A stretch of DNA of 64,000 bases, taken from contig NOWV01000207.1 in the NCBI GenBank assembly GCA_003344405.1, forward strand, positions 62,001 to 126,000. Direction: 5' to 3'. A program made the position numbers and the translations under genes. The DNA comes from Trichoplax sp. H2 (taxonomy: Eukaryota). Under the pieces are notes generated by a model, which saw only the letters and a list, made by a program, of their open reading frames with translations, had not been told where the DNA came from and ran no database searches. Positions 39,828 through 52,541 of the stretch are shown piece by piece; the stretch's first letter is position 1; each line of letters begins with the position of its first letter.

Positions 39828-41294
39828 TTCTGATAGTCATTATAAACGATGGAGAATATCATAATTTGTGGGTGGGATCTACGCATAGTTATTAGCCTGT
39901 ATCTCATACTTCTTCTTGTTGAAGGCTATCGAATAAGTAATAGCATCTATCATTCATGCTGAATCATGCGTTAAATTAAGTTTACTAAATAGTTTGTAAT
40001 TTAGTAGTTGATTTGATTTAGCATTTATTCATGTTGAATTCCTACTCTATTGTATTATCCAATCTAAAGTGATCGTTATAAGCTTTGTATAGATATTTAC
40101 ACTTTAAAGTTATTTATGTAATTGAAGGTGAAATAGCTCAGTTGAATGATAGGATAAAGGCATACGATTATTCTCTAGAGTAGAATGAACAATCCATGCT
40201 GGCCGGTTATTATTGATCTGATATTACTACTACTTGCTTTATCATTGATCTATGTAGTTTTTAATGATGCCTTAAGGTGTATTGCTATCCTTGCTGAGCA
40301 TGACACATATTGACTTATTGATGTAGAAAAGCGCAATAAACTATAGATTGATCAATTAGCCTCATTCGTAAGAGTTTCAGCAATCTTATTAATTTGGTAT
40401 TTTAACCAGTTACAAGTGCAAATTGATCTTGCACTTCAATATAAGAATAGGAATGACAAATTCTATTTCGCCATCGTTCTTTGGAGTTGTAGTCCATAGT
40501 TACCCATTTTATCGTTGGCTACAGTCATCGATTTGCGTCGCTATTGAGGGTTTGACTGCCCTGCTACTATGGCTGAATTCATCACGTCGCTCTTGGGGGG
40601 GGGGGAAGATTGTATGTAATATTTTGAGTGAGTTACTAATCTAAATCGCCTATTGCTCTTTAAAGTCTTTTGAAAGAAAGGCGATAGTGGAGTCAAATAA
40701 TACACGATCTACAGTATTGGAGGAATTATGTTTCAGGTCGCTTCCGCAAAATACCTATTTCTTTTTTGACTATACAGTACAGTAACTAGCATCAATGGGC
40801 ATGATGCAAATAGTGCTAGCAACATGCCTCTACTTTCTACTCGTCGCCATCTATCCTACGTTATTGGACTGACTCGAATTTTGTCAAGGCATGTTGGTAA
40901 ATGAGTACGATAGTCGATTGAAGAAAATGTCCAATACTCCTGCTCAATGCTCATATCAAATTGCGGTATCTCTTTCAACGATCACTGCATTCTTTGTGGT
41001 AACATACTCGATGTTGGCCAATTTTGTATAATAGTAATCTACTGTATATTGTGTATAATTAATCCATTGCACCGTAAACACTAAGACAGAATTAGTGTAA
41101 GCACGACAAAATGCATGTGTTTTATCTTTTGAAAATTTATTTTTCTAGGTGTTTACTTTTCTACCTGCGTTAGTGATTACTGCACCAGTTGTAGTTAGGT
41201 AAAGTATGTCCTTTCACCGTCATGGAATCATAGTCCAGTACTGTGCTGTACTTTACTTTAGTAGGACTACGGTTTTCTTCAAGCCTTCATAACG

Positions 41295-41953
41295 GTACTC
41301 TGCCATGACGATGCATTTGGTCCACTCATGTAATCTGTTTTCTTCGATATGGTTGCATAGTCAAAACTACAAGTAAAACGGGATCCATTCGATGAGACGG
41401 ATCTACTCTAGCTTTATTAATTAATTTATTATTGTTGCGAGAGATTCAAGACCCCAGCAGTACAGTATGTACTTTGACTGCCACAATGCTCTGCCATGAC
41501 CATGCATTTGGTCCACTCATGTGATCTGTTTTCTTGCATGTGGTTAAATAGTCAAAACTACAAGTAAAACGAGATCGCCTCCATTGGACGGATCTACTCT
41601 AGCTTTATTAAGTAATTAATTAATTTATTATTGTTGCGAGAGATTCAAGACCCCAGCAGTATGTACTTTGACTGTCATAGTGCTCCGCCATGACCATGCA
41701 TTTGATCCACTCATGTAATCTGTTTTCTTGCATGTGATTAAATAGTCAAAACTACAAGGAAAACGAGATCGCCTCCATTGGAAGGATCTACTCTTGCTTT
41801 ATTGATTTATTGTGTGAGCATGGTTGCGAGAGTTTCGAGATCCCAGCAGTACGTACTTTGACTGCCCTAGTACTCTGCCTTGACTATGCATTGGGCCCAC
41901 TCATGGAATCTGTTTCTTGGATATGCTTGTATAGTCAAAAGGGCAAGTACAAC
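41295..41953. repeat. Tandem repeat, about 190 bp x ~3.4
   Basis: ctctgccatgac.atgcatttggtccactcatg.aatctgttttctt starts at about 41298, 41489, 41683 and 41873. Confidence 0.9.
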
Positions 41954-42169
41954 GCTGCAAAAGACCAATGGTGATGAACCTTTCGACCAACAACGACGGC
42001 CTGTTGTGTTTTAAAAGCATGCATTTGCAATCAATCTAGTACAACTTGATGCAAAAATTGCAATATCGAAGGTGTGTCTGGGCAGGAAACTGGTCGACGA
42101 TACACCAATTGGAATAGACATAGGAATGACGTAGTACAGTACGCCCCCAAGCTCAAGTAAAGAGTAAAT

Positions 42170-42760
42170 ACTGTACGTGATACTCGTCCATTGTCTCAAC
42201 TGCACCGTGTCAAGTCTGTACAGTACAGTACAGTACTGTACTGTACAGAACATGTGTACAGTACAGTAGGTGACGTCACGAAAAGTGACTCGTCCATTCT
42301 CTCAAGTGTACCGCGTTAAGTACATGTGTATGCGACGTCGCGAAAAGTGACTCGTCCATTCTCTCAACTGTACCGCGTCGAGTACAGTACGTACACTGTA
42401 CAGTACATGTGTAGGCGACGTCGCGAAAAGTGACTCGTCCATTCTCTCAACTGCTCCGTGTCAAGTATGTGCAGTAGGCCTGATCATTTTGCATAAATTA
42501 CTTTGTACACTTCGTTGAATTTGAAGCTGTCCTACTAATACATTCGATCAGGGCTAACGTACAGTATGTCCACTTAATTGTACAGTACATGTGTACAGTG
42601 TACACACGTCCCGAAAAGTGACCGGTCCAATTCTCTCCACTGTACCGTGCCAAGTACGGTACATTCGAACTGGTTCACATTGTACAGTACTGTACTGTAC
42701 AGTGTACAGTGTACAGTACTGTACTTGTGGAGGTGACGTGCCCCAAAGTGACTCTCCCTA
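42170..42760. repeat. Irregular minisatellite: a ~45-bp core interspersed with (TGTACAG/TACAG)n tracts
   Basis: gacgtcgcgaaaagtgactcgtccattctctcaactgtaccg-like cores at about 42175, 42271, 42334, 42417, 42606 and 42735. Confidence 0.85.
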
Positions 42761-42928
42761 CCAAGTTCAGCGACCAGACAAAACAACAATCGCGCCTACT
42801 GGAACTCACCAATGGCATTCTTGTCCATAGTAACTCGCCTTGGCCACTCTGGTGATTCAGCGCTAGGATAACCGTTATGATTCTTCTTTATTGATGAGGA
42901 TGATGGTGGGCATGTCATTCATCTTGCG

Positions 42929-43081
42929 TGACGTCATTTGGACTAGCACGTACATGCGTCGCTGGTGACAGTACTCAGTACCAGCGACAAGAGCAAGCGA
43001 CGTGCAAAGGTGTCAAGGTTATTGGACGTCATTTGCATGACAGGCGTCACGTCATCCAGCGATTGACTCTGTTGACGTCGT
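42929..43081. promoter_or_regulatory. Candidate SMSr promoter with clustered CRE/ATF-like sites and an octamer
   Basis: TGACGTCA at 42929, GACGTCA running into ATTTGCAT at about 43025-43038, CACGTCA at about 43048 and TGACGTCG at about 43073. The stretch is CpG-rich relative to its flanks. Confidence 0.4.
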
Positions 43082-43307
43082 AGGGGAATGAGTTGTTGTT
43101 GTTGTTGGCGAGAGTTGGATCGATTCTTCCTCTACTTTCTCTCTCTCCATCCTCCATGTAGTCATCGTTGTTAGTAAGTATTTGCTTTTCAAGCTTGGCT
43201 TGGGTTATCGAGTGCTTGTTGTACAAGGCTAAATTAAAGAGGCAACATCCTACGAGGACTTGGTGGACTACTGCATCAAGAGGAAAAAGTGCTTTACAAC
43301 GGTTACA

Positions 43308-46300
43308 ATGACTGCACAGGAGAAAATGGCCAGCCATGACAATGTCCTCAGTTGGACACCACATGAAGTAGCAGATTGGTTACAAGATCGTGGACACTGC
43401 GAGTATATTGATACATTTAAGAAGAATAAAATGGATGGCCGTGCTTTACTTGCCTTAAAGGAGAAAGATTTACGATTACTAGATGGTTTAGCCACATGTT
43501 TAGGCGATTTAAAAAGGATCTGGTTGGATATCCAAGAGTTGAAAGGACACGTTCAACCTACCAATGGCCACCCATTCATTTCCAATCGGTTTGCTGCCAA
43601 TGGCCATTGCAAATCCACTCCGACACAAGGAACGATTACAGTCAATGCTTTCCATCATGATTGCCAAGATGGTGCTTCCATGTCATGCTCTCAGTGTGGT
43701 ACAACACTGTGGAATGACAGTGATGGCTATCGATCAGCACAAGCAAGTCCTTTCCATATTATTTCCGATCGTTGGAAAGCGTTGATTGCCGTAGCTTATG
43801 CTTTAGGATCCTTTCTCATCTCCGCCATTGTCATGACAATTGTTCATGAACGTGTACCCGACAAGAAACTTTACCCTCCTTTGCCGGATATTGTCTTGGA
43901 TAATATCCCAGTCATCCCTTACTCTTTTGAATTATGCGAGATCACCGGTAAGGCATTGATTGATTGAACATTGTTCCAACTTGATCCTTTCTCTCGCCTT
44001 GCTCATCTCATCAAACATTCATTAAAACACCTATTCTGCTGTATAAAATATCTTGTTTTATCCATCATACACGCCGCTCGAGACTCGACGATGAAAACCT
44101 TCTAAAAAATAATAATTACTTAAACTATTGAATCGCTGTCATCAGCATGCTTGAAAAAGTAACAAGTAAAATAGGATTGTTATTACAGCCCAATCAAGTG
44201 ATGGGAGAATCATTGGACGATCATTCACTATTCACCATCAACAACAACGACTGTAGCTTAGCAGTTTCCCCCACTCCCCCCACGGCTTTCAGCTCCATCT
44301 TGATTGCAGACTGTTTACTGTGCTATCCAATATGGAACGTTCATCATCTGTAATAGATACCCGTAGAAATGAAAAAATTAACCCTTACATACACGACATA
44401 TTTCCCAAAGTAATGACTCTTTCCGAAATGCTTACCCGTGCCCCCTCCTCCCTGACCCAAATAACAACAACAAAGAAAATGCCAGTAAATACTCCAATTA
44501 CTTCGTCTATCCAGTACATTAATGATGTTTTGTTCATTTCTGCCATTTCAAGTTTTATAAGATGTCAGCCAAACTTGTTCCTACTTTTGATCGCTCTACC
44601 GACCAATTATAACGTCTGTAGGGTAGATTGGTTACTGTAGTTTTTTTTATTTGTACAACCAGCGAAATCCATCACTCAGATACATCAAGCATTCATGAAC
44701 AGTAGTATCATTTATTCTAACCACATTATTCCGTTGGTTAATATTGTTTGCACTGATCGTGAACATGAATGATTGAATTCAAAAATGCTTGATTTTATAC
44801 AACACGATGGATTGATGAGATCGTTCATGAAGTTGAAATAGAGTGATAGAGCAGTCTACGCTCAATCACTTAAACTTTACCAGTAATAGATTGGATCCAT
44901 TTTACATCAACATTAATTGCCAGCATCACCTTAGGGTAGCACTGTTGTGGACGCGCATTTCTTCCTTTATTGAGCAACTCTTTGTTCCTCAAGGTTAACA
45001 TTTGAAACGTTGCTCTTTCGTTAATTCATTTTACTACAACGACCATGCTCCCTCCATTCTCACAAATAAATCGATTGTCGATACTGTCAGTAAACGGTAT
45101 ACTGTAGAAACTATCGGTAGAAGATGTTGATTCAATTGTTCATGAATGGCCTTTTATTAACGACAATCGTTGATTCTTGTTCACGCTCAAATAATAAACA
45201 TCTCCAGTGTGGATCTTTTTCTTTTTTAATCATGCTGGCATGCACTGCCATGGTATACGGCTTGATTCGCTAAAATGCAACAGCCCAAATCCAATCAGAC
45301 AGTTTCATGCATCGTATGTTATCTCTTCGTCGTCATGACAAGATTTAGATTCAAAGTATTCGTATATTGTAGTGTCAAAAATTGGTAACTTGCTTATAAT
45401 TCTACCTTAGTTTAATCTGATTATTCATCACTTTATAAACTCAATGGATAATGTTTCAGCAGTAGCCTGATAGGTGCTTTCTATGTTCTTACTGTTGTCA
45501 ATCGATAGCAATTTTGGCTATGCATGAGTTATTACCTATTGAAGGTTCCATAGATGATTTGCACGTACCTATAGTATATTACAGTAGACGATTTCCGCTC
45601 CATCGCCATTCTTTCTTTATATTTCACAAGTTCTAGCTTTACTTCACTTCATTGTCATTTACCTTATCCCAAGATTTAAATCCTATACTATATTCGTATT
45701 TTGTCAATTTTATTTTATTGATGCTACTGTTACTAATCCACAGTACTACTCAAACATCCATCCTATTCACGACCATCATCAAGATGGAAAGATGGATCTC
45801 TGATCATAAACGCTATACAGTACCCTCACTCGTATACGCGAAGAATTACAGAATTGATTGCTGTCTATAATATAATACCGACTGGTTCTGTATCAAGTGC
45901 ACAGTTTAGGATTAAACAGCTTTCCTGCTAATGACATGATCTTCTTTCTTTCCATTTTCTAGCTTTAAGCCTCTTCATCTTACTGGGAATCATTATCGTA
46001 TTTCATAAACATCGCTTTGTTATTATACGAAGACTATGCGCCATTGCTGGCACTGTCTTTTTACTCCGTTGTGCCACTATGTTTGTTACCTCTTTATCCA
46101 TACCTGGTCGCCATTTAGAATGCGATTCGAAAACAAATGGTGATTTCGCTTCCATTATGAATCGTGCTATACAAATATGGTCCGGTTTTGGCATGACTAT
46201 TGCCGGAGTTCGAACTTGTGGCGATTACCTATTTAGTGGGCATACTGTCGCCGTTACTTTAAGTAACTTCTTTATCACAGAATATACACCTGATAGCTGG

Positions 46301-46609
46301 CATTTACTCCATTTTCTTACGTGGACTCTCAATCTATCTGGCATTTTCTTTATTTTAGCTGCACACGAACATTACTCTATAGACGTTTTAATTGGATATT
46401 ATATTACTACACGTCTCTTTATCTATTATCATGCTTTAGCTAATTCACGTATTGCTCGCCAACGTCAACGAGGTAGAACATTTAGTTACTTACCCATGTT
46501 TGTAGTTTTTGAATACAATGTTGAGCCTGTCGCAAACGAATTTGAATGGCCAATTTCTTGGCCATCAAAGTGGAGGTTTGGCCTGAAATCCGATAATGAA
46601 AGCAAGTAA
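43308..46609 (+). CDS. SAMD8: Sphingomyelin synthase-related protein SMSr (SAM domain + SMS catalytic domain), about 428 aa, 2 coding exons
   Basis: Exons 43308-43947 and 45963-46609 join across a phase-1 intron. SAM domain ([19 protein letters not shown]). SMS motifs [32 protein letters not shown] and [20 protein letters not shown]. Confidence 0.95.
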
Positions 46610-47582
46610 AATAAAACCCTGGAGTTTGCTAGCGTTATGCCTATTAAATTCCTATCTAAATGATGAAGAAATGAGCTTTATTATGACAACATGAACCACT
46701 TATTCTCGGTCAATGATAATTAGTAATTGGAAGTAGAACTTTTGAGCGTAAGAAAATGAACTTGAATTATTCCTTATAGACATCAAAAAGACGTTTTATT
46801 ACAAGTATTTACATATGTTAAGCCCAAATTTGCTGTTTTGATAACATACATTTTTGTACAAGAAGATAGTAACAAGATATTTTTCGAAAATAACTCTGAA
46901 ATAGGATAATTTCCACTTATTAAATAATTTAGATTACAAATCTAGTATCACTGTGCTATTGCTATCTTGTAAGCTTGATCCGAAGATATATTGACAAAAA
47001 GCCTTTATTACTTCCATGATAAATTATAATTTTATGCACATCAGATTTAGTACGTATCGTAATCACTTTGTACTTAAAATTGGAATCGAATTATATTCAG
47101 CTATTAAATCATGAAGTTTATACGATGATGCTAAATTTGGGCTTTTAAATTCCGTCATTTCAACTAAGTTAACAATTATGCAATGAAAATGTTGCCCACA
47201 GATAATTTCATGAAGTAGAAATGTTTGGCATTATTGGTAGCAATTATCTCTCAGCTTGTACCGTTCCGGTATTTGCTTGACTAAAAATAAGCTAACGCAT
47301 AGTTTTCGGTTTAATATTGAAATCATATGCAATCACAGTTTATGACTGTTGCAATAGTGAAAGATCTGCAATCTGTAAGTACCATAGATATATCGGATGT
47401 ACAAATGCAGAAGCGAGGTGTCATAAATACCTATTTCCACTTCGATTATCAAGAAACATTAAGCAAAGATAAACTTATAGCGTTAACCTTTAAGAAATTG
47501 GCGTGTTAGACGTAATATGGAAAGAGGAGTAATCATTCAAATTTGCATGAAATATGATGGTACAGCGGGTGACGTAATCAGT

Positions 47583-50500
47583 TTAGCTACAGAAAACTGG
47601 ATAGGCAGTTTGCCTCCAGCATTCTTCCCATCTCTTACGCTGAAAAGTTTTTAAATTTTTTCTGAATAGGTCTATTTTACGCTGCTGATCAGGAAATCCC
47701 TTTAACAATTCCTATAGTAATGTGTTGAAATTGCATTAAATTGATGACACGGTGAATACAAATTAAATCATTGAAACAGACCTGCATCTGCAGGCATAAT
47801 TCTTGCTCGTTTTGAAATATCATTCCATTTTCTTCATGTTTGACGAGTTCATGCAAGCTGCAATTGTTGGTAAATATATTCTATAAGCATATAAATCAAC
47901 TTATCCGTTCCCCTTAAAAAATTAGCATTGCCAATGAACTCGAGGTAGCTAAAAAAAAAGCACCCTCAGGCAATTACAACTCATCCGGGTATAACTAACC
48001 AATCAAAACTGATAGCACAAACTGGCAATCCGCAGCCAAACATATCGACAACCTACAGTAGACAAGAAGAAGGAATTAAGCTAACGTTGACAGACTACCA
48101 GTTGGAAATACGATAACTCTAGCATAAGAAAGTCACAGAAATGATCACCTTCATAGGCAGATCCAAACCGGAAGAAGATTTATGCAGACATACACCTAAA
48201 TCGGCAGCACCTGTGTGTAGATAGCAACAATACTATCTAAGCATAACAGACCACGACAGTACACGAGTAACTGAAATGATTGTGATTATTATTGAGTATT
48301 CTCCAATTTGCATGTCTACTGTATGCCACATAAAATAGTATCTATTGCCATAACCATCCGAACTAACAGCGTAAATATTGAGTCTCATAATCAGCCAAAT
48401 TCATTATATCAGCAAGGGTAAATCAAACCTAAGATCTTAGGATAGTCTTCTGCTTTCAACCAAGGGGTACATATGGATATGCATTTAAAAGATTTCTTTT
48501 GAATCAATTCTTGGTAATATTCTTTCAGTGGGCCTTTACCTATTCATTAAATTGTAGCTATTAGAACCAAAGCGAAATTGATTACGTCAAAATTAATAAC
48601 TGTTGTTTATGTACAGTAGTTTAGACCTGTTATTACGCAAATTAAGCGCGGGTACTTTTTGCTATTACGCAAATTGTTAACCAAATTTTCGTATCCTAAT
48701 TCGCAAACGAAATAAAGTTTATTTTATCATGCGCCAATAACGTAGACTTTCCAAGTATAGGTTACTAGCAGAAAATTTTTGATGTACTAAGGTAGAAATG
48801 ATACGATACAAGCACTACTACTTGTAAATAGTCTACCAAGTACCTTCTAGTGCATTCAATAGTATAGAAAAGTCTTCATCCTCTGAAATAGTTGAATATT
48901 TTATGAATTCGATATTGTCATATGTGCAAAATGATCCTAGTGATTACTTGGCTATTGATTTCTTACCCGTCCAGCTAGTACTACTGATAAGAAGAGCTGG
49001 TCTATCTGCCTTATATTTGATCGTTTCTCCATCTTTGTAAGTAAATGCTGTATCTTGTGAATTGCTACGTCATCAAGAAATTTAAAGGTGGTTACTTAGC
49101 GTCAACATGGGTTTTTCAAATAAAATAATTAGAATAATGTTGTTTCATCCATTGAGAAAATATCCTAAATCCAACCTAGAATCGCCTCGAAATATTTCAT
49201 ATTCGTTGGCCAAGACTGAAATTATCTAGTCAATTCATAATTATTATAATGTAGAGTAGTTTTAGTCCCATCATCAGTCAATGTCCTTGTAATATTTTAC
49301 ATCATTTCTATCATAGCAACATTTACTGTTTGGCATACCTTATGCTTACTTTCTAAATCCAATGATTTGAACATAGCCGGAGGTCGATCGTACAGTGTAA
49401 ATGCTCTACTCAATTTAGTACAAAATGAATATTTTTAATCATACTTGGTTACAAATATGGAAAAACATTTAACTTCATTATAATAATCTTCGATGATCCA
49501 AACAGGACTCATACATGTATTGCAATATGCAGCAATTAGATCAACAGATTTAACGGCTATACGAATGCCTTACTTGATCGACCAATTTTTTTGCAAGTCA
49601 TCGCGCATAGCATTGGTAACGCAAAAATTGGCATCTGATAATCTCCCAAAGAACCTTTCATACCTATCATTGATGTTATGTTTGGATAAGAGCATTGAAG
49701 TAGATTTGAATCTGATCAAATATTGCACCGACGCGTTTATATTAGGTTCAACTATTACTTACCACTTTGATAGTCGTACAAGTATATGTTGTTTCCCTAA
49801 CGTCAAGCCTAGAATTGTGTATCCGTAGTTATGCCAATCAATAACCAACTTACTACCTCTTAGTCTACAAACAAACCAAGCAACAGCAATCGTTGGGAAA
49901 GCAGGTGGGTTCTAATATTGAAATACAAAAGTCATCAAGATATTACTTCTCTTTCAATTATGATTATTGTTCTTGTGTCATCATCCTAGTTTTACAGTAC
50001 AAATAGAAAATTAGTATAAAAGGGAAACACTTGGCTTAACCTGAAGTAATAGAAAATCAGGCTTTGATATTCTAAACATAAGGTATATGGACAGTTGTAG
50101 TACAAGGTAAATGGCTTTCATCAAGTAGCGCAAAAGTCCTGGAAGGCCTAAATTAAATAGATGGATCATGTTACTATAGCATTATTTGATGTACTGATGA
50201 AGGATTGATAGCTATATTTAGCGGATTTATTAAGGATAAGTGCATGGCTTGTTTATTGTCTGATCTCTTGATCCGATGACGTTATTGACTATTCATGTCC
50301 TATACAAAACTAAAGCCAAATCACTAATAGCAATCAACTTTATGGTTTCCTAACCGTTTAGACTTGTTGGAGGCTGCATGGCATGAATCTTGATGTTGGT
50401 TTGATCGATTAGAGCATCATGAGGTTTAGTTCCTATAACACACATTGTATTTGTATCATATTGAAGGAAAAATTCGGATATACCTTTCAATGTTAAAAGA

Positions 50501-51520
50501 CTAGTAAGCAATAGCCGAGAACATCCCTTTGCTCAACTCTATCGACAGTCTAATGGCAAGTCTGCACCTTTATTTAGTGCTCTACTAGTCTCCTATCGGT
50601 TGCAATGCTCTACAAGAGGCAAACAGTGTCAATGATCGTACGTTCTTCAGCATCGCTGCGCTCATTACAGTAACAAGATATTACAAACGATTAGAAAATT
50701 ACATGGAATAGCCGAGAACATCTCTTTGCTCAACTCTATCAACAGTCTAATGGCAAGTCTGCACCTTTATTTAGTGCTCTACTAGTCTCCTATCGGTTGC
50801 AATGCTCCATAATAGGCAAATAGTGTCAATGATCGTACGTTCTTCAGCATCGCTGCACTCATTACAGTAACAAGATATTACAAACGATTTGAAAATTATA
50901 TGGAATAGCCGAGAACATCTCTTTGCTCAACTCTATCGACAGTCTAATGGCAAGTCTGCACCTTTATTTAGTGCTCTACTAGTCTCCTATCGGTTGCAAT
51001 GCTCTACAAGAGGCAAATAGTGTCAATGATCGATCATACGTTCTTCAGCATCGCTGCACTCATTACAGTAACAAGATATTACAAACGATTTGAAAATTAC
51101 ATGGAATAGCCGAGAACATCTCTTTGCTCAACTCTATCAACAGTCTAATGGCAAGTCTGCACCTTTATTTAGTGCTCTACTAGTCTCCTAGGAGTCCTAT
51201 CGGTTGCATTGCTCTACAAGAGGCAAATAGTGTCAATGATCGTACGTTCTTCAGCATCGCTGCACTCATTATAGTAACAAGACATGACAAACGATTTGAA
51301 AATTGCATATCATTTGTCATATGGATTAGATGCTATCCTGAATTCCTAATGATCGATTTATGACTTGAATCATTCAATCAATCACTGTATTATTGTAACC
51401 ACCTGCATATCCAACCAGGTCGACTTTCAATCCAGCCTTGGCTAACGATATGCTATGATACTGCATACGAGGGCTCCTACCAATATCGCCAAGTACAAGA
51501 ACACAAATGTTCCTATCCAT
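47583..51520 (-). CDS. ALG1: Chitobiosyldiphosphodolichol beta-1,4-mannosyltransferase, 15 exons, about 431 aa (true start uncertain)
   Basis: Frame-consistent exons: 51520-51403, 50432-50355, 50147-50041, 49911-49763, 49663-49574, 49405-49339, 49225-49176, 49064-48967, 48882-48844, 48695-48627, 48539-48429, 48210-48149, 48052-48000, 47857-47782, 47711-47583. Motifs: [81 protein letters not shown]. Confidence 0.96.
50511..51305. repeat. Young tandem repeat, about 197 bp x4, inside ALG1 intron 1
   Basis: atagccgagaacatc starts at 50511, 50708, 50905 and 51106. The units are nearly identical, with small insertions in units 3 and 4. Confidence 0.95.
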
Positions 51521-52048
51521 CTCTCTTTCTTCTACAAGCAGATGTATGAATTGCGGGATATTCTATGGCCTCTAGCTTTTAATGCAGAATTGGCAACCAA
51601 GTATAAAAGTAGTTTAGCAACCAGCAGCAGCAACTGTCCAAGCTAAAGGAAATCCTTCGACTACCAGGCTCTACTTTTTGTAGTCCATGGTAACCCATAC
51701 CATCCCTAGCATGACTGCTGGAACTCCATACTGTATCTGTTCAGAAGAACACTGTTTGCAACAGTATTCTCGATGATTGAGGGTAGCCATACTGTTAGCT
51801 ATCCTCTATCGGCACTGTATTGGACAGTAAAATTTTCTACTCATGTAGATTGAGAATTTGCTGCCATTCCGTTGGCTAAAACTTGATTCTATCCAGTATT
51901 TCTTCTACTGTAGTGAGCTACAAATACTTTCTGCCAGTCTTGGCTAACCTTGTCTTGATGGAAAGGATAGAATGCGGTGAAATTGGCCTGAAAACCGGAC
52001 TGAATGATCAACTACACCAGTTGCAATAGATGCCAATACCATGTCAAT

Positions 52049-52541
52049 ACTGCAATTTTCCAAGCTATGGCCGTGTTGGTTATCAAGTTGGATCAATCTT
52101 TTAACCATAGAGGTATTTTTCACTTACTATAATTTTCCAAGCTATGGCCATGTTAGTTATCAAGTTGGATCTATGTTGTTGATCCATGTTGGTTATCAAG
52201 TCGGATCTATGTTGTTGATCCATGTTGGTTGTCAAGTTGGATCAATCTTTTAACCATAGAAGTATTTTTTTACTTACTGCAATTTTCCAAGCTATGGCCA
52301 TGTTGGTTATCAAGTTGGATCTATGTTGTTGATCCATGTTGGTTATCAAGTCGGATCTATGTTGTTGATCCATGTTGGTTGTCAAGTTGGATCAATCTTT
52401 TAACCATAGAAGTATTTTTTCACTTACTGCAATTTTCCAAGCTATGGCCATGTTGGTTATCAAGTTGGATCTATGTTGTTGATCCATGTTGGTTATCAAG
52501 TCGGATCTATGTTGTTGATCCATGTTGACTATCAAGTTGGA
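52049..52541. repeat. Higher-order satellite: 150-bp unit made of one 78-bp and two 36-bp subunits
   Basis: aattttccaagctatggcc at about 52053, 52131, 52281 and 52431. The 36-bp subunit is ccatgttggttatcaagt(t/c)ggatctatgttgttgat. Confidence 0.93.

Noticed and set aside
42170..42760. CRISPR-like repeat/spacer pattern
   Set aside because: The spacers are low-complexity GTAC tracts of irregular length, the repeats are degenerate, there are no cas genes, and the context is eukaryotic.
49493..49828. 111-aa plus-strand ORF (and the 63-aa ORF at 51455-51646)
   Set aside because: Antisense to ALG1 exons.
52041..52528. Repetitive ORFs (PCWLSSWIYVVD)
   Set aside because: By-products of a satellite with periods divisible by 3. 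There is no domain similarity and the frame breaks in the second unit.
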